NCBI GenBank assembly: GCA_965240465.1
Contig: OZ251219.1
Location: 64,001 to 128,000 of the forward strand
Length of the DNA stretch: 64,000 nt
Direction: 5' to 3'
DNA from: a bacterium
Lineage (GTDB): Bacteria > SAR324 > JACQKK01
In this document: positions 42,210-51,900 of the stretch, piece after piece
How the letters are laid out: each line of letters starts with the position of its first letter
Position numbering within the stretch: the stretch's first letter is position 1
The notes under the pieces: model-generated
The model's input: the letters and a program-made list of their open reading frames with translations, nothing else
Database searches by the model: none
Told to the model about the DNA's origin: nothing
Position numbers and translations under genes: made by a program

Positions 42210-43259
42210 TTGGTGATGAATGTTTTGTTAATAAGAATAATAAATATAGCTGCATATTTGAAGATTATTAATTGGAGGATTACAGGGATATTTGCAGTAA
42301 CAATGTTGCTCCCTAAGCAGGTGATGGCAACAGACAGTTTTAGTGCATCAATTTCAATGGAAGTAGTCATAATACTCCTATCTTTGCTGGGGCTTGTTAT
42401 ATGCTGGATATGCTTTCGGCAAGGATGGAACATAAAAAATATGCAAAGTCCTGGGTTGGAGGTTATTTCTCCTACTGAGAAGCGTCATTTTTTGTCGCTT
42501 CCGCAATTACCATGTAACTTGGAATTTATTTCCCAGCGGTTGAAATATTCGCAACTGCGTATTTCTGGGGGCTTAAATCGGGTACTGATGAAGAAGGACC
42601 CACGGGGAAATGTGATGTTGGAAGACAAAAACAATCGCAGTGTTATGTTGCACAATCGCCGTCGACTGGAACACATAAAATTGCTGATATATGATGTGCT
42701 GGATTTTGGTGAAATTACTCTAATGTATCGTGATTCCAATCTTGAAGCACATTCTAAGGAGGCATCAAGCCTGATATCAAAATTTATGGCAATGCTCAGA
42801 TCAAAGTCTACTGTGTACAAGGCTCCCAACCAATGGTCTGTCAGTAAAAAGTCTATCGCAGAGCCAACAGCTACAGGAATATCTTTTTGTCAACCGTTGA
42901 TGCCTATGCCAAAGCAAGCACCTTCGTTTATTTCTACGAGGAATCGAGAACAAGTATTCTTCATTACCAAAAATGTGGTGTTTATTGGTAGCTCTTCTAT
43001 CAACGATTTAGTATTGAAATCCCCAGATGTAGCTCTCAAGCATGCCAAACTGGAGCGTGTCAGTGACCGTTACAAGTTGGTACAACTGAGCCCTCGTGCT
43101 CACATTACCATCAACAGACGACGGGTGGAGCAAGGATATCTTAGGGCCGGAGACGAAGTGTATTTTGAAGGAACAGGCTTTATTTTTCGCTCCGAAACCA
43201 GTACTCAGGATCCAAAAGAAAAAAATACAAGTGATAAAGGCCATGTTCTAGCATCGTAG
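42210..43259 (+). CDS. Membrane-anchored protein with tandem FHA-like domains (start uncertain)
   Basis: TM helix; 'HNRRRLEHIKLLIYDVLDFGE' and 'VFIGSS..NDLVL..H..INRRRVEQGYLRAGDEVYF'. Confidence 0.7.
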   Translation: MVMNVLLIRIINIAAYLKIINWRITGIFAVTMLLPKQVMATDSFSASISMEVVIILLSLLGLVICWICFRQGWNIKNMQSPGLEVISPTEKRHFLSLPQLPCNLEFISQRLKYSQLRISGGLNRVLMKKDPRGNVMLEDKNNRSVMLHNRRRLEHIKLLIYDVLDFGEITLMYRDSNLEAHSKEASSLISKFMAMLRSKSTVYKAPNQWSVSKKSIAEPTATGISFCQPLMPMPKQAPSFISTRNREQVFFITKNVVFIGSSSINDLVLKSPDVALKHAKLERVSDRYKLVQLSPRAHITINRRRVEQGYLRAGDEVYFEGTGFIFRSETSTQDPKEKNTSDKGHVLAS

Positions 43260-43434
43260 GTATTGACACCTCGGTAATCACAGTCGTAGATGGCTTCTAG
43301 TAGTGTTCGGTTCAGCTAAAAACTTACCACCCGTAGCACAGTTCCATAAGAATCACTGGCTGGATATTGTTGCCAATTCCCACTGAAAACCATAATCTGC
43401 TCGTTTTTGAGCGGAGATCGTGCCTGTGGCTGGG

Positions 43435-43908
43435 TTATTTGCTGTCTTGCTCTTCTAAATCTTGAACACCTTCCAGTTGTTCTTCATAAAATGAGCGTCC
43501 CATGAGTCTTTCCTGTTGTTGCTGAAATTCCAAGCTATAGAGAGTGAGCGGCATCAGTAGCAACCTACGAGGATTGATAACCTCATCAGTTCCTTCACAA
43601 AGGCCATAGGTACCTTGAGCCATACGATCAAATGCTTCTTCAATATGTTGCAAGCGGCGCAAATGGCGTTGATGCATAATCAAGTTCATTTCTCTATCAC
43701 GTTCCTCAGAAGCATGGTCTAGGGCATCTCCGACCTCCTTGCCTACGTTTTCGGGAAACTCGCTGTGCAGATGATTATTTATCACCTGTTCGCTGTCAGC
43801 ACGCATCTTTTCAAGCTTGGCAATAATTTCACGTAACACATCCGCATCTAAGTGCTGGAGGTTATATACAGGGGGAGTATTGATCCTGGTGGCTTTCTGC
43901 TTGTCCAT
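43435..43908 (-). CDS. dksA: DksA/TraR family RNA polymerase-binding protein, single-Cys type
   Basis: Coiled-coil tip 'DALDHA' (DxxDxA); 'GTYGLCEGTDEVINPRRL..P.TLYSLE'. Confidence 0.85.
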   Translation of the reverse strand: MDKQKATRINTPPVYNLQHLDADVLREIIAKLEKMRADSEQVINNHLHSEFPENVGKEVGDALDHASEERDREMNLIMHQRHLRRLQHIEEAFDRMAQGTYGLCEGTDEVINPRRLLLMPLTLYSLEFQQQQERLMGRSFYEEQLEGVQDLEEQDSK

Positions 43909-44258
43909 ATAATCTGCTTCCTTTGCGTTAGGTAATCAAAAAATCACTGAAAAAATAAATGCTGGTAATGTATTTTTATCAATACTATCAAATCACGCTT
44001 CCAAACGGTGCCAATGTAGCCTACAGACAGGCACCATCGGTCCCAATCCACAACGGAATCCTACCATATTCTTCCTTGATAAGATAGGTCTTTATTTATA
44101 TCTGTATTAAAGATACTCCTAATCCCCCAGCTACATAGATTATTTTAGACGGCAGAGTTTCAACGCAGAAAATGCAACACCTTAAAAACATCGGTAGTCT
44201 CTAGAATCAGTATGATGAATAATAAAAATTGATGAGATGCTTTCCAAAAACCGGCAAT

Positions 44259-46364
44259 CTAACCAAAGAATACCTGAAACAACCCCTCTCCAAAACTATG
44301 AGCAAAAACCAGACTAACAATGGCCTGTAGCTTTATAAGGATATTCAAAGAAGGTCCGGAGGTATCTTTGAGTGGATCACCAACTGTATCTCCAATGACA
44401 GCAGCCGCATGAGCATCGGATCCTTTGCCACCCAAATGTCCTTGCTCAATTAATTTTTTAGCATTGTCCCACGCACCACCCGCATTAACTGATGAGGTAG
44501 CTAGTACCACCCCTGAGGCAAGGCTACCTATCAACAAACCTGCCAGAGGCTCCACTCCAAATAAAAAACCTACCGCCAGAGGAACCAGCAATACTTGGAT
44601 GGCAGGGACAATCATATTTCTTAAGGCTGATTTAGTGGCTATATCCACGCAACGGCGGTAGTTGGGAAGAACGGTGGAAGTTTCTTCTTCTTCCCCATCA
44701 TCATCTTCTTCTGTTGATACATTTTTAAGACCAGGGATGGTAGCAAACTGGCGGCGTGATTCGTTAATAAGTTCTTTGGCAGTACGTCCTACAGCTCTGA
44801 GCATCATGGAAGTAAAGGAGAATGGTAGCATGGCACCGATCACCAGCAGGGAAATGACGCTTGGTTTTAGAATATCAAGGGTATCAATACCTGAGCGTAC
44901 CAAGAAGGCAAATATCAGTGCTAAAGAAGTCAGTGCGGCAGATCCGATGGCAAATCCTTTACCTACCGCGGCAGTGGTATTACCCGCGGCATCAAGGGCA
45001 TCGGTGCGGCGGCGTACGACACTGTCCATGCTCGCCATTTGAGCAATGCCTCCAGCATTATCCGCAACGGGACCAAAAGCATCAATGGTGAGGGTCATGA
45101 TAATTGCCCCCAGCATGCCGATAGCCGACAGTGCTATTCCGTACATTCCTGCCGCAGAAAAACCTATGAAAACTGTGATACCCAACAGGATCACGGGAAT
45201 TACGCTACTACGATGACCGAGTGCCATACCAATCACGATGTTTGTAGCGGCACCAGTACGGGAAGCAGAAGCTATTTCACGAACCGGACGTTTGTGGGAG
45301 GAGGTGTAAAATTCAGTTACGATGCCAATCAGCAAACCTGATAACAATCCGCTTAGCACCGATAAATAAACTCCCATTCGTGAGATATTTTTCACCCCTA
45401 TGACAAATTCTTCTGGCAAAGAAAAAAGAGTTACTATCAAAGTCACAAAGGCCATCAAGACAGTTGAGGCAAACAAAGAGAATTTCAAGGCAGATTCTGC
45501 TCTGCGTGCTGTGTTAGCACGTACAAAAAAAGCAACTACCAAGGCCACGGGCACCCCAAAAGCAGTGAGAGTAATGGGGTAAAGCAGTGCTAATTCGGTA
45601 GAAAAAATGGTAGCTCCAATTACTAAGGCAGCACAGGTGCTCTCTGTGATAGAACCAAATAAATCGGCACCCATGCCAGCTACATCACCTACGTTATCAC
45701 CCACATTATCTGCAATTACAGCGGGATTGCGAGGATCATCTTCAGGGATGTTCTGTTCAATTTTGCCTACTAAATCGGCACTCATATCGGCAGCTTTGGT
45801 AAAAATCCCTCCGCCTACACGGGCAAACAACGCTATGCTGGAGCCTCCTAAAGCAAATCCTGCTATAGCTTCCATCAAGTGCCTAGTATCTTTGATGAAT
45901 GGTTTATATAAAAGGTACATGATTATCAGGCCCAGCAGGGCAATGCCCACCAGACCAAAACCCATTACTGCACCAGATTGGAATGCTCTACGAAAAGCTA
46001 ATCTCAGCGAACGCCTAGCAGCAACAGCAGTCCGAATATTGCCCTCGGTAGCAGCTCGCATACCCAACCATCCCGCCCCAATAGAGCAAAATGCCCCTAC
46101 AGCAAATGAAAATGCAGAGCCAAAATCTACCACCAGAAACACTAGTAAGCCAAACCCTATGATAAATACCAGCATGTGACGAAATTCTCGTTTTAGAAAT
46201 GCTTGTGATCCTAAAGAAATGGCTCCAGAAATTTGAACCATTCGTTCTGCCTGAGATTTGGGGATGCCTTTGGTTGGATCTTGCTTTATGACCTGCCTCA
46301 GAAAAACAAAGGCCGTCAGCAGTGACAATAATCCCAAGATAACAATAGTTGTTTCAACAGACAT
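44259..46364 (-). CDS. hppA: Membrane-integral ion-pumping pyrophosphatase
   Basis: '[27 protein letters not shown]', 'DNVGDNVGD', 'GGAWDNAKK', '[14 protein letters not shown]'. Confidence 0.96.
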   Translation of the reverse strand: MSVETTIVILGLLSLLTAFVFLRQVIKQDPTKGIPKSQAERMVQISGAISLGSQAFLKREFRHMLVFIIGFGLLVFLVVDFGSAFSFAVGAFCSIGAGWLGMRAATEGNIRTAVAARRSLRLAFRRAFQSGAVMGFGLVGIALLGLIIMYLLYKPFIKDTRHLMEAIAGFALGGSSIALFARVGGGIFTKAADMSADLVGKIEQNIPEDDPRNPAVIADNVGDNVGDVAGMGADLFGSITESTCAALVIGATIFSTELALLYPITLTAFGVPVALVVAFFVRANTARRAESALKFSLFASTVLMAFVTLIVTLFSLPEEFVIGVKNISRMGVYLSVLSGLLSGLLIGIVTEFYTSSHKRPVREIASASRTGAATNIVIGMALGHRSSVIPVILLGITVFIGFSAAGMYGIALSAIGMLGAIIMTLTIDAFGPVADNAGGIAQMASMDSVVRRRTDALDAAGNTTAAVGKGFAIGSAALTSLALIFAFLVRSGIDTLDILKPSVISLLVIGAMLPFSFTSMMLRAVGRTAKELINESRRQFATIPGLKNVSTEEDDDGEEEETSTVLPNYRRCVDIATKSALRNMIVPAIQVLLVPLAVGFLFGVEPLAGLLIGSLASGVVLATSSVNAGGAWDNAKKLIEQGHLGGKGSDAHAAAVIGDTVGDPLKDTSGPSLNILIKLQAIVSLVFAHSFGEGLFQVFFG

Positions 46365-46605
46365 GGAGTTTCCTTTTGGTTAGTAAGATAATAATAAAAA
46401 TCGCTGGACAAAAATACTCATATTTTGAAAATATTAAAAAGCCGTAGATATAGCCAGCTACGAGAATCATGCCATGAAAAATTATACGGCTTATGCGGAA
46501 AAAATAAAAACATTTTTTGAAAATCAACTTAACTTGGATATTATATGGGCAATAGTGTTTAGTGTCTAGTTTCTTTTTCGGTGACTTTCTAATATTTAGT
46601 GAGTA

Positions 46606-47370
46606 TTGGGTATGAAAATTGATTTATCAAAGTGTGTGGTTATGTGGCAGCAGGTAAAGTTGAAACTTATAGTATTGGTTAACATGGGAGTACTTTACCT
46701 ATTGGCAGTGACAATAGCAGGGACGATAGGGACTACAGGATGCTCTACAGCACGGAAACGGTATAAGGCAAATACTGTACGCAGTTTGTTGAAGTATCGT
46801 GATAATGAGACAGCTAGGTTATTTAAGCGTACTCATCGGAGTGGAAATTTGTACATTAATTTTCGTCCTGCTCTAGAATTAGATGCGGTTTTTATGGATA
46901 GACGACTACGTGAGGTGACTGTAAAGCGTTATGTGGATAATTTTTTGTTGTCTAAGAAGCAGAGTGACGTGTTGCATGCAGAACAAGTAAAGGCCTTTGA
47001 TAATATCATTGAGATGTTGGTGTTTGTGTACGAAGGAAACAACAAGCGTAGTAATCTGACCAATGATGATTCTCCATGGCGAATTCTTCTGAGAGATGAT
47101 GACGGACGACTGCACCCTCCCACGGAGATAAAGCAGTTGAAAAAAAATAGTTCACAATATCAGTTACTAGAGAAAAATTTTACGGTTTTAGACCGTTGGA
47201 CGCAGGTGTACCAAATAACATTTACCAAGTTGGCAAAGGGTGTTTTGAGCCAGCAATTGGGAGATCAGCCATTTGAGCTGATATTTACAGGCATCAAAGG
47301 CTCAGTAACGTTGAGTTGGAAAGATCTGTCCTTATTCTATCGTCTGGATGGTTCTAACTCTAAAACTTAA
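46606..47370 (+). CDS. Hypothetical lipoprotein (start probably further downstream)
   Basis: Hydrophobic stretch ending 'GTTGC' followed by soluble domain. Confidence 0.6.
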   Translation: MGMKIDLSKCVVMWQQVKLKLIVLVNMGVLYLLAVTIAGTIGTTGCSTARKRYKANTVRSLLKYRDNETARLFKRTHRSGNLYINFRPALELDAVFMDRRLREVTVKRYVDNFLLSKKQSDVLHAEQVKAFDNIIEMLVFVYEGNNKRSNLTNDDSPWRILLRDDDGRLHPPTEIKQLKKNSSQYQLLEKNFTVLDRWTQVYQITFTKLAKGVLSQQLGDQPFELIFTGIKGSVTLSWKDLSLFYRLDGSNSKT

Positions 47371-47657
47371 ACAGATGGACAATTGGAGAAAAATTACACA
47401 TCAATTTCTCGCGTGTGCTATGCTTCGTTGGTTAAGTAGAAAATTAAATTTTCTTGTATTTTTTCTTGTATATTGTATAAAAGCGTAGTACCGAGTACAG
47501 ACACTCAAGGAGTACAGATTGGTTTTCGTGTTTCTTGAGGCTATTTTTTAATGTTGTTTTTATTTGTAGGTTTTTTTGTTATCATGTAGCCTAATGGCAT
47601 GAAGCAGATGTCTGCAATATGCGTGTTCAGCAAGATTCCGTTTTGGAGTAAATAATT

Positions 47658-49508
47658 ATGGTTCGAGATACTATTACCCGTGGTCCCAATCTCATACATC
47701 CTGAGAAACCCAGTGCTGTTGGCTCGCGCAACAGTCTTAATCGGGATAATCGCAATGAATATGAGGAATCTAAGCTCCTTATTGATGAAGAAGTGGACAA
47801 GACACTCAACCACATCCACGCCAAACTTCCACCTGAGGTTTTGGAAAAATTGGACATCATGGGTAGCATCAAGTCCAAGTTACACAATTACTTCAACCAG
47901 AACTTCCAGAATATGTACAACCGCTATCTCACCACCATGGAGGATGAGCTTTCCAAAAAAGTTCGTGATTTGGTAGATAAGGAGGAATATCGTTCCCTCA
48001 ACCGTTATACTCCACGAGAAATTTCAGAAATTCTAGACAAAATAGGCGGCTTGGAGAAATTCAACACCGGTGAAATGGAAAAGTCCGTTGTCAATATTTA
48101 TGGTCACCTTCAAGGACACATCCAGCGCGGCATGTATGAACTGGAAAATGAAACTAATGCCTTGTTGCGACAAAAATCAGATGTGGGTGCTTTCGTCCGT
48201 GGTGAAAATGCTTATGCCATCGCCAAGTGTTCTTTCAAGAACAATTTCTACAGGCCGAAAAATGTGATGGATGTGAAACTGGCTATCAACATTCTGGATT
48301 CAGAGCTGATTAGCCCTATTTACCACTATCAAATTCCTACTGAAACCATCATCAAGGATGTCATTAGCAAGCACGTCCATGAACTAATTGAACGCGAAGT
48401 GGAAGAGCTCAACACTACCCTCATAGATGAAGGGAAAGAGGAACTTACCACCACCGAGTCCATGTTTGAAAAAATAAAGGCTCTTGACAATTACCTGGAT
48501 GATGACACAGAAAATGAGCAGTCTAAGCGGTACCAGTTTGTCGCTAAGCGTTTCATGGATCGTATTGAAGGCCTGCAGGCTGAGGTAGATCCTGACGATT
48601 ATGATCCTCTTAATGTACGTGAAAGTATTCAGGGTGTAATCGATAACGAGAACATTCGTAACCGAGGGTTCAATACCGCTATTAATAACCTCACTGCCGT
48701 TTTGGACACATCTCGCATGGGTTACCAACACGTAGAAAACTTCAAAAATGCCCGTCAGGCTGTTGTTCGTGAGTACGAAGATACTGATGTTACCAATCTT
48801 CCTGATGAGCGCTACGCTGTTCGCCTTTCATACTATGATGCTGAGCAAGTACGTTCCATGCGTAATGCGTACGATGTCCAAATGCAAGAGATGCAAGCCG
48901 AGATTGTTAAAGTCTATGATGTGGTAAATATTCTATATGAAGACTACAAAGGTCGCACAGGCAAAAGAGACTACGATGATATCGCTCGCCATTATGCAGA
49001 GAAAAATAAAAAGACTGGCGGAATTTTAAGGTGGTTCTCTACTGAGCTGGAAGAAGAAGAGGTTACTCCTAAGCTATGGAATGAAATAACTTTCGTTCCA
49101 CCAAAAAGTACCATCGTTGAGGAAAGTAATCGCACTGATGTCCATCTGATTGAAGAACTCAGAAAGCGTATCTTTGAAAGTCGTAAGAAAGTGGCAGGTA
49201 TATTTGGTAATCACTATCCTGCTGATCGTAATATTGTTGATACCCGTATCAGCTTTATGGAAAGCCAGTTCGAAGAGTTTGAGTCTAGGGTGAACCCTTA
49301 TCACATCCTTCCTGGTCTGGTACTGGAAATTGATATTACCTCAGTTAAGAGAAAACGCACTACCATGCTATCCATGGCTAATGTACTTAATGAGTTCCTT
49401 TATTCAGTCTCTAAAGGTTTCCAAGATACCGCTTTTGCTGAATTCTCCCGCAGACGCTCTACTGTTCGTGAGGATATTGCTCAGACCTTTGATAGAAGTA
49501 CAGAGTAA
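47658..49508 (+). CDS. cfpA: Cytoplasmic filament protein CfpA homologue
   Basis: Recalled Treponema CfpA blocks: 'HPEKPSAVGSRNSL', 'NYFNQN.QNM.NRY', 'KFNTGE.EKSVVN.YGHLQGHIQRG', 'RQK.DVGAF.RGENAY', 'INILDSELISPI', 'IRNRGFNTA', 'FSRRRSTVR'; GGAG RBS. Confidence 0.85.
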   Translation: MVRDTITRGPNLIHPEKPSAVGSRNSLNRDNRNEYEESKLLIDEEVDKTLNHIHAKLPPEVLEKLDIMGSIKSKLHNYFNQNFQNMYNRYLTTMEDELSKKVRDLVDKEEYRSLNRYTPREISEILDKIGGLEKFNTGEMEKSVVNIYGHLQGHIQRGMYELENETNALLRQKSDVGAFVRGENAYAIAKCSFKNNFYRPKNVMDVKLAINILDSELISPIYHYQIPTETIIKDVISKHVHELIEREVEELNTTLIDEGKEELTTTESMFEKIKALDNYLDDDTENEQSKRYQFVAKRFMDRIEGLQAEVDPDDYDPLNVRESIQGVIDNENIRNRGFNTAINNLTAVLDTSRMGYQHVENFKNARQAVVREYEDTDVTNLPDERYAVRLSYYDAEQVRSMRNAYDVQMQEMQAEIVKVYDVVNILYEDYKGRTGKRDYDDIARHYAEKNKKTGGILRWFSTELEEEEVTPKLWNEITFVPPKSTIVEESNRTDVHLIEELRKRIFESRKKVAGIFGNHYPADRNIVDTRISFMESQFEEFESRVNPYHILPGLVLEIDITSVKRKRTTMLSMANVLNEFLYSVSKGFQDTAFAEFSRRRSTVREDIAQTFDRSTE

Positions 49509-49534
49509 TCGAATTTCTTACATTATCTCAATAC

Positions 49535-49573
49535 AAAAATCCCGCCTTCTTAAACAGAAGGCGGGATTTTTTT
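49535..49573. terminator. Bidirectional intrinsic terminator between cfpA and gnd
   Basis: aaaaatcccgccttct-taaac-agaaggcgggattttt: perfect stem with A/T tracts on both sides. Confidence 0.9.
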
Positions 49574-49681
49574 GGTGTCGCATCATTCCAGTGATAAAAT
49601 ATATATACGGGAAGGGCATCAGAAACACTGCCGCATTACGTCAGCAAATTTTCATTAAATTTTCATTTGCATAGTGGGTAA

Positions 49682-51112
49682 CTAATTATTCCATTTAGTA
49701 TGAAAATTCCCAGTTTTATCTAATCTTTGGTAAGTATGAGCACCAAATAAGTCGCGCTGGGCTTGGATGATGTAAGCCGGAAGACGTTTGGCATGCAGAG
49801 CGTCGTAGTAGGAGAGTGCAGAAAATATGGCCGCCAGTGGGTTACCTTTTTGTAGGGCAACCGCAACAAAATTACGCCAAGGGGGTTGCCTTTTTTTAAC
49901 TTCTTTGTAGAAATAAGCATCCATCAGCAAATTTTCCAGTTGCGGTTGTTGAGAAAAAGCATGCTGAATACTATCCAGAAGTCGTGCTCGGATAATGCAA
50001 CCTGCCGTCCAAATACCTGCAATCTTTGATAGAGGAAGTTTCCACCCAAATTCCTTAGAGGCCATGTGCAATAATGACATTCCCTGAGCATAACAGCATA
50101 CTTTAGAACAAAATAGGGCTTCTTGGGCTTGCTTAATAAGAGTGTCATCGGTAATGACATCGGTCTCGTCAGCTGTTTTTCTTACAGTTTTTGCATTAAG
50201 TAACTGGGAGGCTCTTTGTCTCAGATCAAATTGAGCACTCATCAAACGTGAATCTACCGCCGCAGCAATGGTGGGAACACATGCTCCTCTGGCAAGAGCA
50301 TCCTTCACCGTCCAGATGCCTGTACCTTTCATAGGTGCAATGTCCTTTATCATTTCTACTAGCAGGCGATCCTTATCACAATTGTCTGGTTGACGTAGCA
50401 CTCGCGCTGTGATTTCAACCAAAAATGATTCCAATTGGCCTTTATTCCAATCTTCAAATGTATCAGCCAACCGAGCGGGGCCTTGCGTGTCAATTAACAC
50501 ATCGCAAATTTCTGCAATTAACTGCATATCCGCATATTCAATGCCATTATGAACCATTTTTACATAATGCCCGGCTCCACCAGGCCCCATGTATTCTACA
50601 CAAGCACCATGGCTTCCCACAGCTGCAATGCATTCTAGTAACGGTGCCAATTCTTGATACGCGGTTTTGTCTCCGCCTGGCATCAGGCTAGGGCCTTTGA
50701 GAGCTCCTTCTTCACCTCCGCTCACCCCACACCCAATAAAGCGCAATCCCTTGGATATCATTCTTTGTTCACGGTTGTTGGTATCTACATAAAAAGAATT
50801 TCCACATTCTATAATCACATCATCCTTATCCAGACGTTGGCTGAGATCTTCTAACACTGCTTCAGTAGCTTGACCTGCAGGCACCAAAACAAAAATTTTC
50901 CGCGGTCTACTAAGCTTCTTCAGTAGACTATTGTAATCTTTGGCAGTATCCAAAAGGTTGTTGCTGTTAGCATAGCGGTGAGCAAATGAGTCCACCGTAG
51001 CAACAGAACGAGAAATTCCTACCCCTGATATTCCATTGTTGGCAAAGTTACGAAGTAAATTCGCACCCATTACCCCCAAACCAACCATCCCTATTTGATA
51101 TGGCTCACTCAT
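49682..51112 (-). CDS. gnd: 6-phosphogluconate dehydrogenase, decarboxylating (ATG at 51112)
   Basis: 'GLGVMG', 'GVSGGEEGA', 'GHYVKMVHNGIEY', 'QAQRDLFGAHTY'. Confidence 0.97.
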   Translation of the reverse strand: MSEPYQIGMVGLGVMGANLLRNFANNGISGVGISRSVATVDSFAHRYANSNNLLDTAKDYNSLLKKLSRPRKIFVLVPAGQATEAVLEDLSQRLDKDDVIIECGNSFYVDTNNREQRMISKGLRFIGCGVSGGEEGALKGPSLMPGGDKTAYQELAPLLECIAAVGSHGACVEYMGPGGAGHYVKMVHNGIEYADMQLIAEICDVLIDTQGPARLADTFEDWNKGQLESFLVEITARVLRQPDNCDKDRLLVEMIKDIAPMKGTGIWTVKDALARGACVPTIAAAVDSRLMSAQFDLRQRASQLLNAKTVRKTADETDVITDDTLIKQAQEALFCSKVCCYAQGMSLLHMASKEFGWKLPLSKIAGIWTAGCIIRARLLDSIQHAFSQQPQLENLLMDAYFYKEVKKRQPPWRNFVAVALQKGNPLAAIFSALSYYDALHAKRLPAYIIQAQRDLFGAHTYQRLDKTGNFHTKWNN

Positions 51113-51169
51113 GTTTTCAGTGTCATTTGTTGATTTTTTAGGAACAGTTCTTGAGTTCAAGGACAAAAA

Positions 51170-51253
51170 TGCCGAGGGCGGGGGTCGAACCCGCACTCTC
51201 GTGAGAGAACTGGATTTTGAGCCCAGCGCGTCTGCCAGTTTCGCCACCTCGGC
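51170..51253 (-). tRNA. tRNA-Leu(CAA)
   Basis: GCCGAGG..CTGGG-CT-CAA-AA-TCCAG, long variable arm, GGTTCGA, ..CCTCGGC-A; no encoded CCA. Confidence 0.96.
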
Positions 51254-51255
51254 CT

Positions 51256-51900
51256 TTAAGCAACACGAGCTTTAGGCTTGGTAAGGGTAGAGGTGTGCTT
51301 ATCTGTTGTCAAGCTTGAGAGTGGCTTTCTAAAAAATAGATTGTCAAAGCCATGACGCCCCAGGGTGTCTAGGACAGCTACTGCGGTTTTGATAGAGTCT
51401 CGGTTGACCAAAGGCACGCTTAAATGAGCTTGTTGATATTGGGGCTGACGTTCTTCAAACAAGCAGGTGATATAATCCCGCCATTCTTCATTGGTCTGTT
51501 GTTTGTTGTTAATCAGGGGACGGTGGCTGTTGCGTTTTAAGCGAGTAAAAAGGGTGTTGAGGTCTGCTTCCAAATATACGACTGTTCCTGCTTTCCGCAG
51601 TATCTCCATTCCGCATGGGTTGATGGGCATGCCACCACCAGTAGCTACCACATGTTTTTCAAGATACAGAAAACGATTCATCATTTTAAGTTCTATTTTA
51701 CGGAAAAATGCTTCTCCATGAGTAAGGAATATATCGGCTATGGACATGTTGAGGGTGTCCTCGATCAGTTGGTCTGTGTCTATAAAGTGATATTTAAGCT
51801 GGCGGGATATATATTTTCCCACAGTGCTTTTCCCTGAAGTCATAAATCCAGTTATCAAGATATTACTGGATTTCGTATTAATGTAGCTCAACTGTGTCAT
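51256..51900 (-). CDS. aroK: Shikimate kinase
   Basis: 'GFMTSGKSTVG', 'DTD', 'GEAFFR', 'ATGGG', 'RPL'. Confidence 0.93.
   Translation of the reverse strand: MTQLSYINTKSSNILITGFMTSGKSTVGKYISRQLKYHFIDTDQLIEDTLNMSIADIFLTHGEAFFRKIELKMMNRFLYLEKHVVATGGGMPINPCGMEILRKAGTVVYLEADLNTLFTRLKRNSHRPLINNKQQTNEEWRDYITCLFEERQPQYQQAHLSVPLVNRDSIKTAVAVLDTLGRHGFDNLFFRKPLSSLTTDKHTSTLTKPKARVA

Noticed and set aside
43260-43434. Possible sRNA or small ORF between the FHA gene and dksA
   Set aside because: Only a short hairpin; no start/RBS-supported ORF or extended pairing.
43990-44090. SAM-I riboswitch-like start (cttatcaag on minus strand) upstream of dksA
   Set aside because: Lacks the GCAAC core and the closing P1 strand; only an isolated hairpin is supported.
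51113-51247. 45-aa N-terminal extension of gnd in the ORF track
   Set aside because: It runs through tRNA-Leu; homology begins at ATG 51112.
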